A stretch of 63,182 nucleotides of DNA, filler included, from Kipferlia bialata (Eukaryota), in the NCBI GenBank assembly GCA_003568945.1. It is 6 parts of 6 records of this genome, joined end to end, with 100 filler letters (N's around TTAATTAATTAA, not from the genome) between each part and the next. Parts side by side here need not be neighbours in the genome. Positions count along the whole stretch, not along the records: positions 1 to 10,453 come from BDIP01001420.1; positions 10,554 to 21,005 come from BDIP01001421.1; 4 more parts are not named here. One strand, given 5' to 3'. A program made the position numbers and the translations under genes. Below, piece after piece: positions 1-11,697 of this stretch. Below the pieces are notes generated by a model. The model was not told the DNA's origin. It did no database searches and worked only from the letters and a program-made list of their open reading frames with translations. The stretch's first letter is position 1, and the number at the start of each line of letters is the position of its first letter.

Positions 1-50
<50 letters not shown>

Positions 51-65
51 GCGCAACATCCTCAC

Positions 66-3000
66 CTGCATCCGACCTCTCCTCTCTCTCTCTCTGCTTC
101 CTAGCCTCTGCATTCTGTCTGCGCTTCTGGGCTGCCACACTCTTGGCCTTCTTCCTGGTGTCATACTCAAGGCACAGGGTACATAGAATATATATTCAGT
201 ATCAGTATCAGTAAGAGAGACCAGCGGCCGGGGTGAACGGTGAGTATCAGTATGCGTACCTCTTCTTGGCGGCCCCACGGATGGGGTTGACAGTACGGAT
301 CTCAAGCCGGGCCTCGTTCAGCGCTAGAGTGAGACAAGGGAGAGAGTGGAATAATACATACTGTGTTATACTGTGCGGTAACACGAGATGTATTGGCATA
401 CGACTCACCGCCCTCTGCGTTGTAGTGTACATGGCCAGACTGGATGGTGACATAGAAGGTCTGGATCTCCTGGGGTCAGTGGTGCATTAAAATAGACACA
501 CGTTATCAAGAGACGCCAGTCGTAGAGGGGATATACAACATGGATGACCCGTATGCATTCACGCTCACCTTGGAGAGGTTGAGTCCCTTCCCACCCTGGC
601 TCTTGAGAGACATGGAGTGGTTCACATTGAGGGTGTAGATACAACGCATCCTGGGCATAAGCACAAACACTTGAACGTGACCCAACGGTGAATGAAGCCA
701 ATACAGACTACCACACTCATACCACCACACCGTTACCTGTAGCTGATGTGGGGTCCATAGGAGATGGGGCACGCCATCCTAGGGTCCACCGACCCCACCC
801 TCCTTCTGTGCAAACCGAAGCTGGGGTCAGACAGGATGATACTCAAGAAGGCAGGGGTATGCAGACAGAACAGAGCAACATGCACAATAAAAGAATGCTA
901 ACCTGGTGAGCTTCATGCTCCTGTGGCACCTCCTGAAGGTACTCTCAGCCATCTCCCTCGACACCACCTGAGGTCAGACCCGAGTCATAACGATACTCGA
1001 ACAGATACCATAGCATACATTAACCCTACCTCGAACAGATGTCTCCGAGTGGCATATCCCTCAGTCAGAGCATCGTCGGACAGGAGGCTGAGTAAGACAG
1101 GGACAGAGAGGGGAAGGATAAATTGTGAGAGTGAAAGTGTGTCTAATACTGCGGATACTACTATCGCACCGTGTGACCACTGCAATGGCAGCCTCAGGGC
1201 CCAGGTTGGGGAGACAGGCAAAGAGTCTGGGGGGTGAGATAATCGGCGGGAAATATTGAAGAGTCCAATGCTGAAGTGCAGCCTCTATACATGTGTGCTG
1301 TACCTGAGCCTCCAAGGGTTGCAGAGCGCCTCGTTCACTGTGACACCACGCCTAGCCACAGCATAGAGCAGAGAGTCCCTCATGCACAGGGCGGACTGGG
1401 CACGGCCGAGGATCTGGGGTGAGAGCAGATGTATTGCATTACCATAATAGACACACTGGCAGAACTGAATGGCAAGGTCACCAAGAGCAGCTGATATCGA
1501 GAGGGAGGACTACCTGCTGCACTGGGTTGACAGACAGAGAGGCCATGACCCTCAGGCCAGCAGGGATGGACGCAGCCATAGTCTGCCTGCAGGATGAGGG
1601 GGGGGGGGGACACACAGAATCATTGGTGATGCCGCACTATGTTAATATGACTGTAACATCACTATAGCATAGGCATCTCCGTACTTCCCCTCCGTGGCCG
1701 TGATGGGAGCAGGGCAGCCCCTGGCCAGATAGGCAGCCACGGCCATGACGTCCTGGTACTCACGTCCGACCCAGGTGCCGTACCTGCAATGAGAGAGAGG
1801 AGAGGAAAGGGACAGGCGAAACAACATCCCAATCACCTTGTGGCGGCACTGGCAAACATGAGGCCGTCGGCAGCGGTGGACCGTGTCTCCAGACAGTCGG
1901 TAGGGGTGGAGGAGGAGAGGTTGCGCTGACACATGGCGTGGTCGGCAGCAGCAGCGGAGTCCTGGCGTCAGAGGTGGATATGGAAGCAGGGAGATAACAA
2001 GGGGAGATGTGTAGAGGGGTACCTTGAGGTCGTAGAGCAGACTGGCCATCTCGTCACCTGCCACACACAGGCCAACCTTCCTACGGGTCAGAAGACTCAG
2101 ATGCATTAGACATACATACGTGGTTGAAGAGAGAACCCTACGGACATGCAAGCAAACAGTACTCAAGAATAGAGCCTACCTGATGAATGGGGCAAGCATC
2201 TGGGCGTTCTCTCTCTCGTTGATCTGGGTAACAAGATCGAAGACACCCCTGGAGTGAATGGACATGAAGGAAAGGCACACAGTTGTATAGTGTTGGGGCA
2301 TGCTATATGCCATACCTGTATGTCTGCTTTGATCCAAAGCCAGGCCCCCTGGCAACCACAACCATGGAAGCTTGTCCAGACACAATGAAGTCCTATGGAT
2401 AAGACGCAAGACATTTGGGGAATGCAGGTAGTGAAATAATAGCTGTCTGATTTAGGGGAGTGTGAGACTGGATACACACCTGGAGCTCTGCGTGGGACAG
2501 CAGCCTCTTGGCGTTGGCAGCTGTGATGTTGCCCTCATCCCTAGGCCTGGGGTGAGGGGTATACGGCAGTATCAGTACGACGATAGGAGATGGACCAGTC
2601 ATGACAAGAAGCTGTAGACATAGAACAGGAGAGAGTCAACACACATATCGACGCACCTGGGCAGGTGGAATCCACTCAGGGCCCTCGAGTCGAGGAGAGT
2701 GCCACTGGCGTCCAGGAGGACAGCCTCCGTCTCACACTTCTCGGTCTTCCTGGGGTGAGTTAGAGACGCGACACATGTATGATCACAGACAATGTGACAT
2801 CGGAACCGATACCTCCTGATCTGGTGACTCTTCTCCTGCACAGACCCCCTGGGGACAATCACCACCAGTCTGCTGTTTCTGATGCAGTGCTCGTGCTCAG
2901 TGCGGGTGTATCTGGAGTCAGGGTATGTTTGATAAGGACACTGACTGGCCTGTCACATGATCAGAAGCATCAGAGTATCACTTGGCGTACCTACTGGCCT

Positions 3001-3883
3001 CGTCTCTGACCTTGTTAGACCTCTTGGCTGCACCTAGGCTACCCCTGGGGTCATAAGAAGATGTATTGAGTCCAATAGCATAATACCAGAACCGGTGATG
3101 CATCTTGCGGTTCGCCCTATACACCCCTACCTGGTGCCCTCATCGGCCAGCCATGCATCCTCCATGTCAACCTGGCAGTGAGGCAGAGGGGATGTATACA
3201 GAGGCGCATATATATAGGCACCAACCCACCTCGACGTCGTCCTTGTTGTCCTCAGGGTGCAGCTTCAGATGGGCAGCCTCCTCTCTGGGGTCAGACAAGC
3301 GAGACACAACAATATACACCATTTACACTTCCGCCTTATGATGCTGATATACACATAAAGAGTACTCCATATCATACAGGTCTCCCTTACCTGGCAAGAA
3401 TGGCCTCAATGTTGTCTATGGTCTCCTCATAGTCACATATCTCGGGTCTGATACTCTGGGAGTGAGAGGGTTGACTGCTATGTTGGTAAAGAGGGGTGCA
3501 ACGTATACCCACAACCATGCTGCACCTGGAGGTCTGGTGTCCTCTCCGGCCTCTCCATGCCCATGTCCCCCTCTGGGTACTGGGGCTGGATGCCGTGCCT
3601 GGCAGGTCAGAGAGGCACGTATATACTGTATAGACTGGTGACGGGGACTATCAGAACATTGAATTGACACAATACTCGACGGTACTCGACTATGCTTCAA
3701 CATACAACACTATACGCATACCTGGACACACACAAGGGGTTGAACTGATCCTTGTCAAACTTCTTGACGCCACTCTCAAAGAGGTCTCTCTTGGCATGTG
3801 TCACGGACTGGCGGAGCAGCACCTGCCTCAGTCTCCGCCTGGCAGTGCCCACTGCCACCTTGATGGCAGACGCCACCACCTGT
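66..3883 (-). CDS. SPT6: Spt6/Tex-like transcription elongation factor, partial, about 20 short exons
   Basis: GT-AG exons stitch in frame to ...EAVLLDASGTLLDSRAL...DFIVSGQASMVVVARG...GDEMASLLY (YqgF-like) ...AAYLARGCPAPI...LSVNPVQQ...AVARRGVTVNEALCNPWRLRLFACLPNLGPEAAIAVV...ATRRHLFEVV...ESTFRRC. This resembles the Spt6 HhH region (LHPLQ...VGVDVN...GLGPRK...R..L...VFMNC). Both ends are truncated by the scaffold edge or a gap. Confidence 0.6.
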
Positions 3884-3900
3884 CTGAAGGGTCAGCAAGG

Positions 3901-3936
<36 letters not shown>

Positions 3937-4649
3937 ATAAAAAATANNNNNNNNNNNNNNNNNNNNNNNNNNNNNNNNNNNNNNNNNNNNNNNNNNNNNN
4001 NNNNNNNNNNNNNNNNNNNNNNNNNNNNNNNNNNNNNNNNNNNNNNNNNNNNNNNNNNNNNNNNNNNNNNNNNNNNNNNNNNNNNNNNNNNNNNNNNNNN
4101 NNNNNNNNNNNNNNNNNNNNNNNNNNNNNNNNNNNNNNNNNNNNNNNNNNNNNNNNNNNNNNNNNNNNNNNNNNNNNNNNNNNNNNNNNNNNNNNNNNNN
4201 NNNNNNNNNNNNNNNNNNNNNNNNNNNNNNNNNNNNNNNNNNNNNNNNNNNNNNNNNNNNNNNNNNNNNNNNNNNNNNNNNNNNNNNNNNNNNNNNNNNN
4301 NNNNNNNNNNNNNNNNNNNNNNNNNNNNNNNNNNNNNNNNNNNNNNNNNNNNNNNNNNNNNNNNNNNNNNNNNNNNNNNNNNNNNNNNNNNNNNNNNNNN
4401 NNNNNNNNNNNNNNNNNNNNNNNNNNNNNNNNNNNNNNNNNNNNNNNNNNNNNNNNNNNNNNNNNNNNNNNNNNNNNNNNNNNNNNNNNNNNNNNNNNNN
4501 NNNNNNNNNNNNNNNNNNNNNNNNNNNNNNNNNNNNNNNNNNNNNNNNNNNNNNNNNNNNNNNNNNNNNNNNNNNNNNNNNNNNNNNNNNNNNNNNNNNN
4601 NNNNNNNNNNNNNNNNNNNNNNNNNNNNNNNNNNNNNNNNNNNNNNNNN

Positions 4650-7047
4650 CCTCTTATACCTGGATGTAAATTTATCATCATAGCTACCCACCCTGTCCCC
4701 CCCCCCCAATCTCTCTCATACCCTAGGAATAGCACTGTTGCTCTGACCCGGCGTCTCCCTCTCTCTCTCCCTCCCTCCCTCCCCCCACCCCTCTCTCTCT
4801 CTCTATATATATATACATCTTACCCCAGGTATAGCACTATCGCTGCTCTGACCCCCACCTGTTACACAAGGACAGAGGCAGCCATACACAGAATGTCAAG
4901 GTAAGAATAATTACATTCTAGTATACTATAGATTATAGGGTGTATCATATAATGAATCAGAAGTATCGTAATATATACTGTATTATATTGTGTATAGTAG
5001 GACAGAGGCAGCCATACACAGAATGTCAAGGTACACGGATACATCCACTAATATGTCTATACCACCAGCGTTGAGCGTTGCATACATGTTTGGTAGCTAT
5101 CTCTAACCGCAGGCTGGAGGGTGTGATTGCGGGAGAGATTATGAAGGGAGAGACAGAGACTGAGGGAGAGAGAAAGATTGAGAGAGAGATTGAGGCTGAG
5201 GGAGACACAAGGGCCCTTGGCCTAGTAATGCAGTTGGTCAGAGTCAGGGCACTGCAGGTAAATACTAATATATATACATTTGTTCGTAATTCTCCTTCTC
5301 ACCTCAGTGTGTGCTGTACATGCATGCCAGACAGTACACTGCCTGTCTGACTACACTCAGGGGGCTCATAGCAATAGCACCAGGTGAGTGCATCAATGCA
5401 TTGTTCTGCAAATATTGTGTATCATTACAGCTAGGTCCTTACTCTAGACTGTTTGCCACCCTTGTCTGTGTGCACATATTTATCTATACTATACTCTATA
5501 ATACATTCATATATATACTATGGATAATATGTCATGTACTTCACACTATAACCTTATCTAAGGACCTTGTTCTGGTCTGTTTCCCACCCTTGTCTGTGTG
5601 CACATATACATCTATACTAATGAATATACACTAATCATACCATCCCATATGGATACTATCGAGTATATCTTATAGCTAGGCCCCTGCTCCGGTCTGTTTG
5701 CCACCCTTGTCTGTGTGCACATGGGCGAGATGGGCATGGCCCAGCAGTGGATGCAGGTAGAGTATATAGTGTATACCATTATGTGTTATATATATGTGTA
5801 TATGTAAATATATTCATTATAGTGAGTGTATATTGTGTATGTGAGATGGGCATGGCACAGCAGTGGATGCAGGTATGGCATATGTTTATATAGATATAAT
5901 AATTAGATATGGCTCTATGTATACATAGAAGTTGTGTGCATAGTGTTATTATATGGTGGGCGTGGTGCAGCAGTGGATGCAGGTAGGGTATAGTAGTAGA
6001 AGATTTGAGACTCATATGTGCAGGATGTTTCGTCATATGTGTTCGTCTAACCTCAGTATGTCCAGGACAGTCTCTCTCTCTCCTTTCCCCCTCTCTCTCT
6101 ATATATATATATTCTCTCTCTGTACTCTATCTTACACCAGTATGTGCAGGACTGTCTCTCCCTCTATTCAGAGCAGTATGGGCCTGGGAAGGATGACTTC
6201 ACTGGGGACATCACACCCCTAAAGGATGCATATGCGGCACTAGGTAACCTCCGATATATATTTCTACGTCCGTCGGGAATCGAACCCTGACCCCCCAGGT
6301 GTGAGTCTGCTGTCACTTGCCCCAGTGGATAGGGACACTGGCGTAAGGCGTAAGTCGGCCAAGGATGTGGTTGCCACCCCAGCCACACCCCCTGTCATCA
6401 CAGACCTATCCCTGCAGAGTGCATTCAGCTGTATGAGGTGGGTATATCATATATTCATAATGAATTAGGGTATCGTGTGTTGACTAACCTAGCATATAGG
6501 TATAAGTATGTAGACTAAATATATCTGTATGCTCACCCCAGGGCCAGCAAGGCTGTTGACTCTGGTGACCTAGTAGGGGCACTGGACGGGGTGGAGGACA
6601 CAGTGAGGTATTCAGTATATATAGTATATACATGTATATATATTCTATATGGATATGTATAGTGGATAGATGACCTAGTAGGGGCACTTGATGGAGTGGA
6701 GGACACAGTCAGGTATAGTACATAATCATGTGGATATACTGTACCAGTCGTATTGAAATGTGGAGTCTGGGAATATACATACATTCCCTCTGACCCCCAG
6801 GTCCAACCCAGAAGCCACAAGGACACCCCTGCTACGGTATATGAGGTAAGGACAGAATGCATGTATATCATATCATAGTGGCACCAGCGAGAATCGAACC
6901 GTAGTCCCTCCAGTCCTCACCCCCAGGATACTGCACCGTCTGTGCTACCCGTTGGATGTCCAGGACACCCTCTGCGACTGTCTGGATGCCATTGTGTCCC
7001 AGTGCCAGGGGAACAGATGGGCAGACTTCTACCACTCTAGCAAATAG
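4650..7047 (+). CDS. Hypothetical helical protein, 5'-truncated, multi-exon
   Basis: In-frame exons: RLEGVIAGEIMKGE...LVRVRALQ / CVLYMHARQYTACLTTLRGLIAIAP / GPCSGLFATLVCVHMGEMGMAQQWMQ / YVQDCLSLYSEQYG...DAYAAL / ASKAVDSGDLVGALDGVEDTVR / ILHRLCYPLDVQ...WADFYHSSK* (TAG 7045-7047). No family recognised. Confidence 0.55.
6265..6390 (-). mobile_element. tRNA-derived SINE-like or tRNA-Val(CAC)-like remnant inside an intron
   Basis: Minus strand reads GGTGTGGCTGGGGTGG (A-box-like) ... GACTCACACCTGGGGGGTCAGGGTTCGATTCCCGACGG (CT-CAC-AC loop, B-box GGTTCGATTCC). The cloverleaf is not intact. Confidence 0.4.
6879..6916 (-). pseudogene. tRNA 3'-half-like fragment inside an intron
   Basis: Minus strand GGAGGGACTACGGTTCGATTCTCGCTGGTGCCA gives a T-loop/B-box plus an acceptor-like end. 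No 5' half is present. Confidence 0.3.
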
Positions 7048-7365
7048 ATAAGAGAATGTGTAGAAATGAAGGTGTTGAAATTACAAAGCAATCCACACTA
7101 CACCCTTTTGTGTTTTTGTTTCCAATTCTCTTGAATGTTGGCCTCAGTGAGGGTCGGTTCACGCTCTGTTCTCTGTCGCATATCCCAGACTGAGGTTTGT
7201 AGAGTGTAGGCGAAGACATACACTGCTACCTGGGCCCATAGTCTTGTCCTCTGTGTGGAGAGATTGAGAGAGAGACACCCTATCCCAAAGGGTATAGTCT
7301 CTTACTCTGTGCCGACGCTTTAGAGCACAACGAGAGAGGGAGAGACAGAGAGAGAGACAGAGTAG

Positions 7366-9233
7366 ATGGCGCTATCTGCCGATCTATTGATCCTGCTCAA
7401 CGCATTCAGCAACATTGATCTGTATGAAGCAGGTAGGATCAGTATATGCATAGTGGTGTATACATGTATATATGCATTTTATGAAGCGGAGGTCCTTCGT
7501 CTATTGATACTGATCTCTGCAGAGCCCCCCCTCATCTCTCCCTCTCTCTCTGTCACAATACACTCCTACATCACTCACCCCCAGGTGTCTGTGTCTTCAA
7601 CTCCTTATTCTGCATCCCCCCTCCCCCTCACACACCTCTCTCTCTCAGTATACAAACTCACTCCCAGGCGTCTATGCCTTCAAGGTCCAGGCTCTGAATG
7701 AGTCAGGCATCCTGGTGAGTTATATGGCTCTCTTCTCCCTCTCTCATGATGGATCCTTCTCATCCTGCCTATTTCTCTCTCCCTCTCTCTCTCTCTCTTA
7801 CCCGGCACACGCTGTTCCCTTATCCATACAATGGAACTCTCTCTCTCTCTCACTCCACATATCTCTTCACGCTTCTCTCTCTCTCTCTCTCTCTTTATAT
7901 AACCCCAGCACCCCCTGATGTATGCCAATGTGGTAGGGGACCTGAGTGACTATCAGACACTGACTCCGGGGAGATACAGGTACATGACAATATGTAGAAG
8001 AGATAGGAGTATGTACTTATATATACTAGTTGTATACATCTTGATGCTGACCTGAGTGACTATCAGACACTATACATCTAAGAACACAGTACGTATCCGT
8101 AGTCGTCTATACTGACTCACAGGATTGACTCCCTGCCCCCCACCATTGCAGAGAACAGCCCGACATTCTACTCGCAGCCAATACAGGTATTGCATGATGC
8201 ATATACGTGTTACTGGTACAGTAGATGTATTATTAGTATTAGTATTACTATGGTAACTTAATTATTATTGTAGTATTATTATCGTGTGCTCACCTCCAGG
8301 TCAAGTACTGTGACCAGTTCGTGCCCCTGTCCAATCTGCTCAGGTGCAATAAGATATATATAGTTGCGTATATAGGAATCAGTACAGTCTGATTCTCCGT
8401 CTACAGCTTACCCTCTGACTCATCTCCTCTTGTATACTCTTATTCCAGAATGCGTGTTGATCTAGATGCTGACTCCTGTGAGTCAAGTCTGATCCTGGTC
8501 TTCTCTCTGCTGTACCACTCCAAGGATAACCCGGCACCCTTGCCTACCCACCAGAGTGAAATGGAGGTATGAATCCTAACTTGAGAGTGATGTGTATGAT
8601 TATATCGGTACTTACATCGAGTCCCCCTTCTCACTCTAGGTTGTGTCTCGGTCTGTATGCAGTGTCACACATACATATACATAATAGCACGAATATAGAT
8701 CTGTATTACTATATATATATATATGTATATACCCATTTTGATGCCAGGTTGTGTCTCGGTCAGTCTTTAGGGTCAGGCACTGTCTGTTGCCAGGTATGGC
8801 AGTTATATCTACCCACTTCTGTATCTTGACCTCTCTCTCTCTCTGTCTCTCTGTCTCTCTCTCATATTAGGCGCCTCTGCCTTCACCGTGACATTTGATG
8901 ACACCCACTTCTGTGCCCTTGATGTCATGCTGACATGCTGTCCAGCAGGGGAGAAGGCTGTAGTATNNNNNNNNNNNNNNNNNNNNNNNNNNNNNNNNNN
9001 NNNNNNNNNNNNNNNNNNNNNNNNNNNNNNNNNNNNNNNNNNNNNNNNNATATATATACATACATACATTGTGCATTGGATGTCATGCTGACATGCTGTC
9101 CAGCCGGGGAGAAGGCAGTCGTGTTAGGTACATACTCTATAGACTCATGTCAGAGAGTGTGTCTCTCTCTCTCTCCCTCTCTCTAACATCTATCCGAGCC
9201 CCCCATGTCCACCTTCCCCACTGCCAGTCGGGC

Positions 9234-9276
<43 letters not shown>

Positions 9277-9471
9277 ACCCTAGCTGACCCACCAATGTCC
9301 CCCTCCCCCACTGCTAGTCAGGCCCTGCTCACAAGGGACACAGAGGGGGGAGCTAGCTTATCAGGTAATGTAATAGAGTGATGTATATATATAGAGAGAT
9401 TGAGTCAGGCCATATTGACAAGGGACACAGAGGGTGGAGCCAGTCTGTCAGGTAGTATATATAGAGTAATG

Positions 9472-9505
<34 letters not shown>

Positions 9506-10453
9506 TATTGAGTCAGGCCCTGTTGACAAGGGTGGAGCCAGTCTCATATCAGGTATTTCATTGTGTACACAAGTGTGTGTTGCGTGTGTGTCATACTCTC
9601 ACCACTCGAGGAGTCCTCTATCTCTCCCTCTCTCTCTCTCTCTCCAGTTGTAGGAATGGGCATATACATTTATATAAGTCACCCCCCAGGCATGGGCAGT
9701 CCCCTCTCCTCCAAACACTCTATACGTGTCTTACAGTATGAATATATAAATACTTGTATATGTATTGCATTGAATACTATACTCTATCTCACCCCCTAGG
9801 CATGGGCAGCCCCCTCTCCTTCAGACAGAGTGTGCGCATGAAGAAGAGAGATGCAAGGTGTGATGTGGGTATTACGTGGATCTTTATAAATGTATATATA
9901 TAGAGAGACACACACACACACACAGAAACAGAGAGAGTGTGTGCACGAAGAAGAGAGACGCAAGGTCTGGGTTAGTATATATATATACATATATGTGTGT
10001 ATATATATTGAGAGACAGAGAGAGAGCCTATGAAGAAGAGAGACGCAAGGTATTGATTAGTATGTATATGGAGATAGATAGAGATAGAGAGGGAGAGAGA
10101 GAGAGTGTCCATGAAGAAGAGGGCCGGGAAGTATGGGCGAGTGTATGTACATCATCGATTGTTCTATCCTCTACGCGATTCCTCACCATTAGTCTTGTCC
10201 CAGATGAGGATGACATGCCAGAGTTCTATGTTTTTATATCTAGTATTGTCATGTCTATTAACATATACTGACTGTTACTCGATTCCTAACCTTAGTCTTG
10301 TCCCAGATGAGGATGATATGCCAGAGTACTATATATGTATATATATATATATTTTCTTTTCACGGTTATTTCATATATACTATTCAATGCCTCACCCCCA
10401 GCCTTGTCCCAGATGAGGATGACATGCCAGAGTAGCACATTTTACAAATATAA
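7366..10453 (+). CDS. FAM135-like protein, N-terminal part, 3'-truncated
   Basis: MALSADLLILLNAFSNIDLYEAGVYAFKV...FYSQPIQVKYCDQFVPLSNLL...VVSRSVFRV...FTVTFDDTHFCALDVML parallels the FAM135 N-terminus (FYNVDLFQRGYYQIRV...SRVFQILYRNEEV...VPVMFDYFHLSVISV). Confidence 0.65.
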
Positions 10454-10553
10454 NNNNNNNNNNNNNNNNNNNNNNNNNNNNNNNNNNNNNNNNNNNNTTA
10501 ATTAATTAANNNNNNNNNNNNNNNNNNNNNNNNNNNNNNNNNNNNNNNNNNNN
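10454..10553. other. Artificial scaffold linker N44-TTAATTAATTAA-N44
   Basis: Six-frame-stop 12-mer at 10498-10509 flanked by 44 N on each side. Confidence 0.97.
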
Positions 10554-10559
10554 GAAGAG

Positions 10560-10605
<46 letters not shown>

Positions 10606-10667
10606 CGTACAATGACACACTCAATTGATACTTACTGGATACTGACAGTGACATCCCTACCCCTCAC

Positions 10668-11476
10668 CTTCGTTGGACTGGTTGAGCTCTCTCTGCCTCT
10701 TCAGCCCCAGCAGGGCAGCTCTCTCAAAGGCAGTGTCGACACCGTCACCCGCCTTGGCAGATGCCGCAAACACCTCGACTATGTGTCTGGCATCAGACAG
10801 AGCCCCCTGGGCCCTGACAAGGAGAGGCTTGACTATACGGGTGGACTCAATGTCGTCAACCTGGCGTCAGGCAATCATGTCATATCATGTGGTGTACAAC
10901 GGATACTGAAAATAGGACAGGACTGATTCGCAAACAAACCGAAGAAGACAACATCAAAAGTATACCTTGTTGGCAATGACGACCAGAGGGAAAGGAATGC
11001 GCTCCCTCTCCCCGCCCTCCCCGTCACTCTCCATTTCACTGTCATCATCCCCGTCCCCAATGCACAGGGCGTCGTCCAGACTACTGCGCCACCTGTTCAG
11101 AGAGTCCACAGTGCTTGGTCGAGACAGGTCGAAGACAAGCATGCACGCATCTGCCCCACGGAGGGACGCCACGCTAATCTGGCTGAACGACTCCTGACCG
11201 GCAGTATCCCAAATGGCCAGCTGCACCTTGGTCTCAGGTCCCTCAGTGCCGTCCTCGTTTGTTTCCCGCACCAATACACTCTTGTTCAGGAAGTCAAGCC
11301 CAATCGTGGCCTTGTATGCATTGGAAAAGTCGTTATTCACGAACCTGATGGGGTTAGTGACCTGGTAAACCACTCAGAACCATACAACAACTGCACAGCA
11401 TGTACCTCCGCATAAGGGATGTCTTCCCAACGGAAGAATCCCCTAGGATCACCAACTTCAGGTTCCTGCTTGACAT
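10668..11476 (-). CDS. Rab family small GTPase (Rab7-like, divergent), 3 exons visible, C-terminus truncated
   Basis: MSSRNLKLVILGDSSVGKTSLMRR / FVNNDFSNAYKATIGLDF...IWDTAGQE...RGADACMLVFD...VVIANK / VD...SAKAGDGVDTAF. G1-G5 motifs are present. Confidence 0.9.
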
Positions 11477-11697
11477 TGACACTTGTTCACGGACTCACAG
11501 GCTGTGTAACTGCTCTGGCCCTTCTTCTCCTGTGCTGAAGAGCAGAACTGAGTTCACTCGCTGCGCCCTTATTGTAGAATGAAAAACGGCTGAGTTCCAG
11601 TAATACAGCCTCCTTGATACTCTTTACACTGAGTGTCAGGCGCTGTCCTACTGACTATTCGGGGAAAGGATAAGGTGACTGTGGGCAGTTGTGTTGC

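Noticed and set aside
1..49. Poly-G runs (also ~3903-3935, 10565-10605, 20942-20988) as telomeres or G-quadruplex elements
   Set aside because: They sit at contig breaks, their length is unreliable, and there is no telomeric repeat unit.
2075..2085. Apparent 4-nt micro-exon (AG|GAAG|GT) in the Spt6-like gene
   Set aside because: Reading through as one exon (RKVGLCVAGDEM) keeps the frame, so no micro-exon is needed.
3664..4735. Long ORFs of 293-339 aa in the ORF track
   Set aside because: They run through the N gap and are artefacts.
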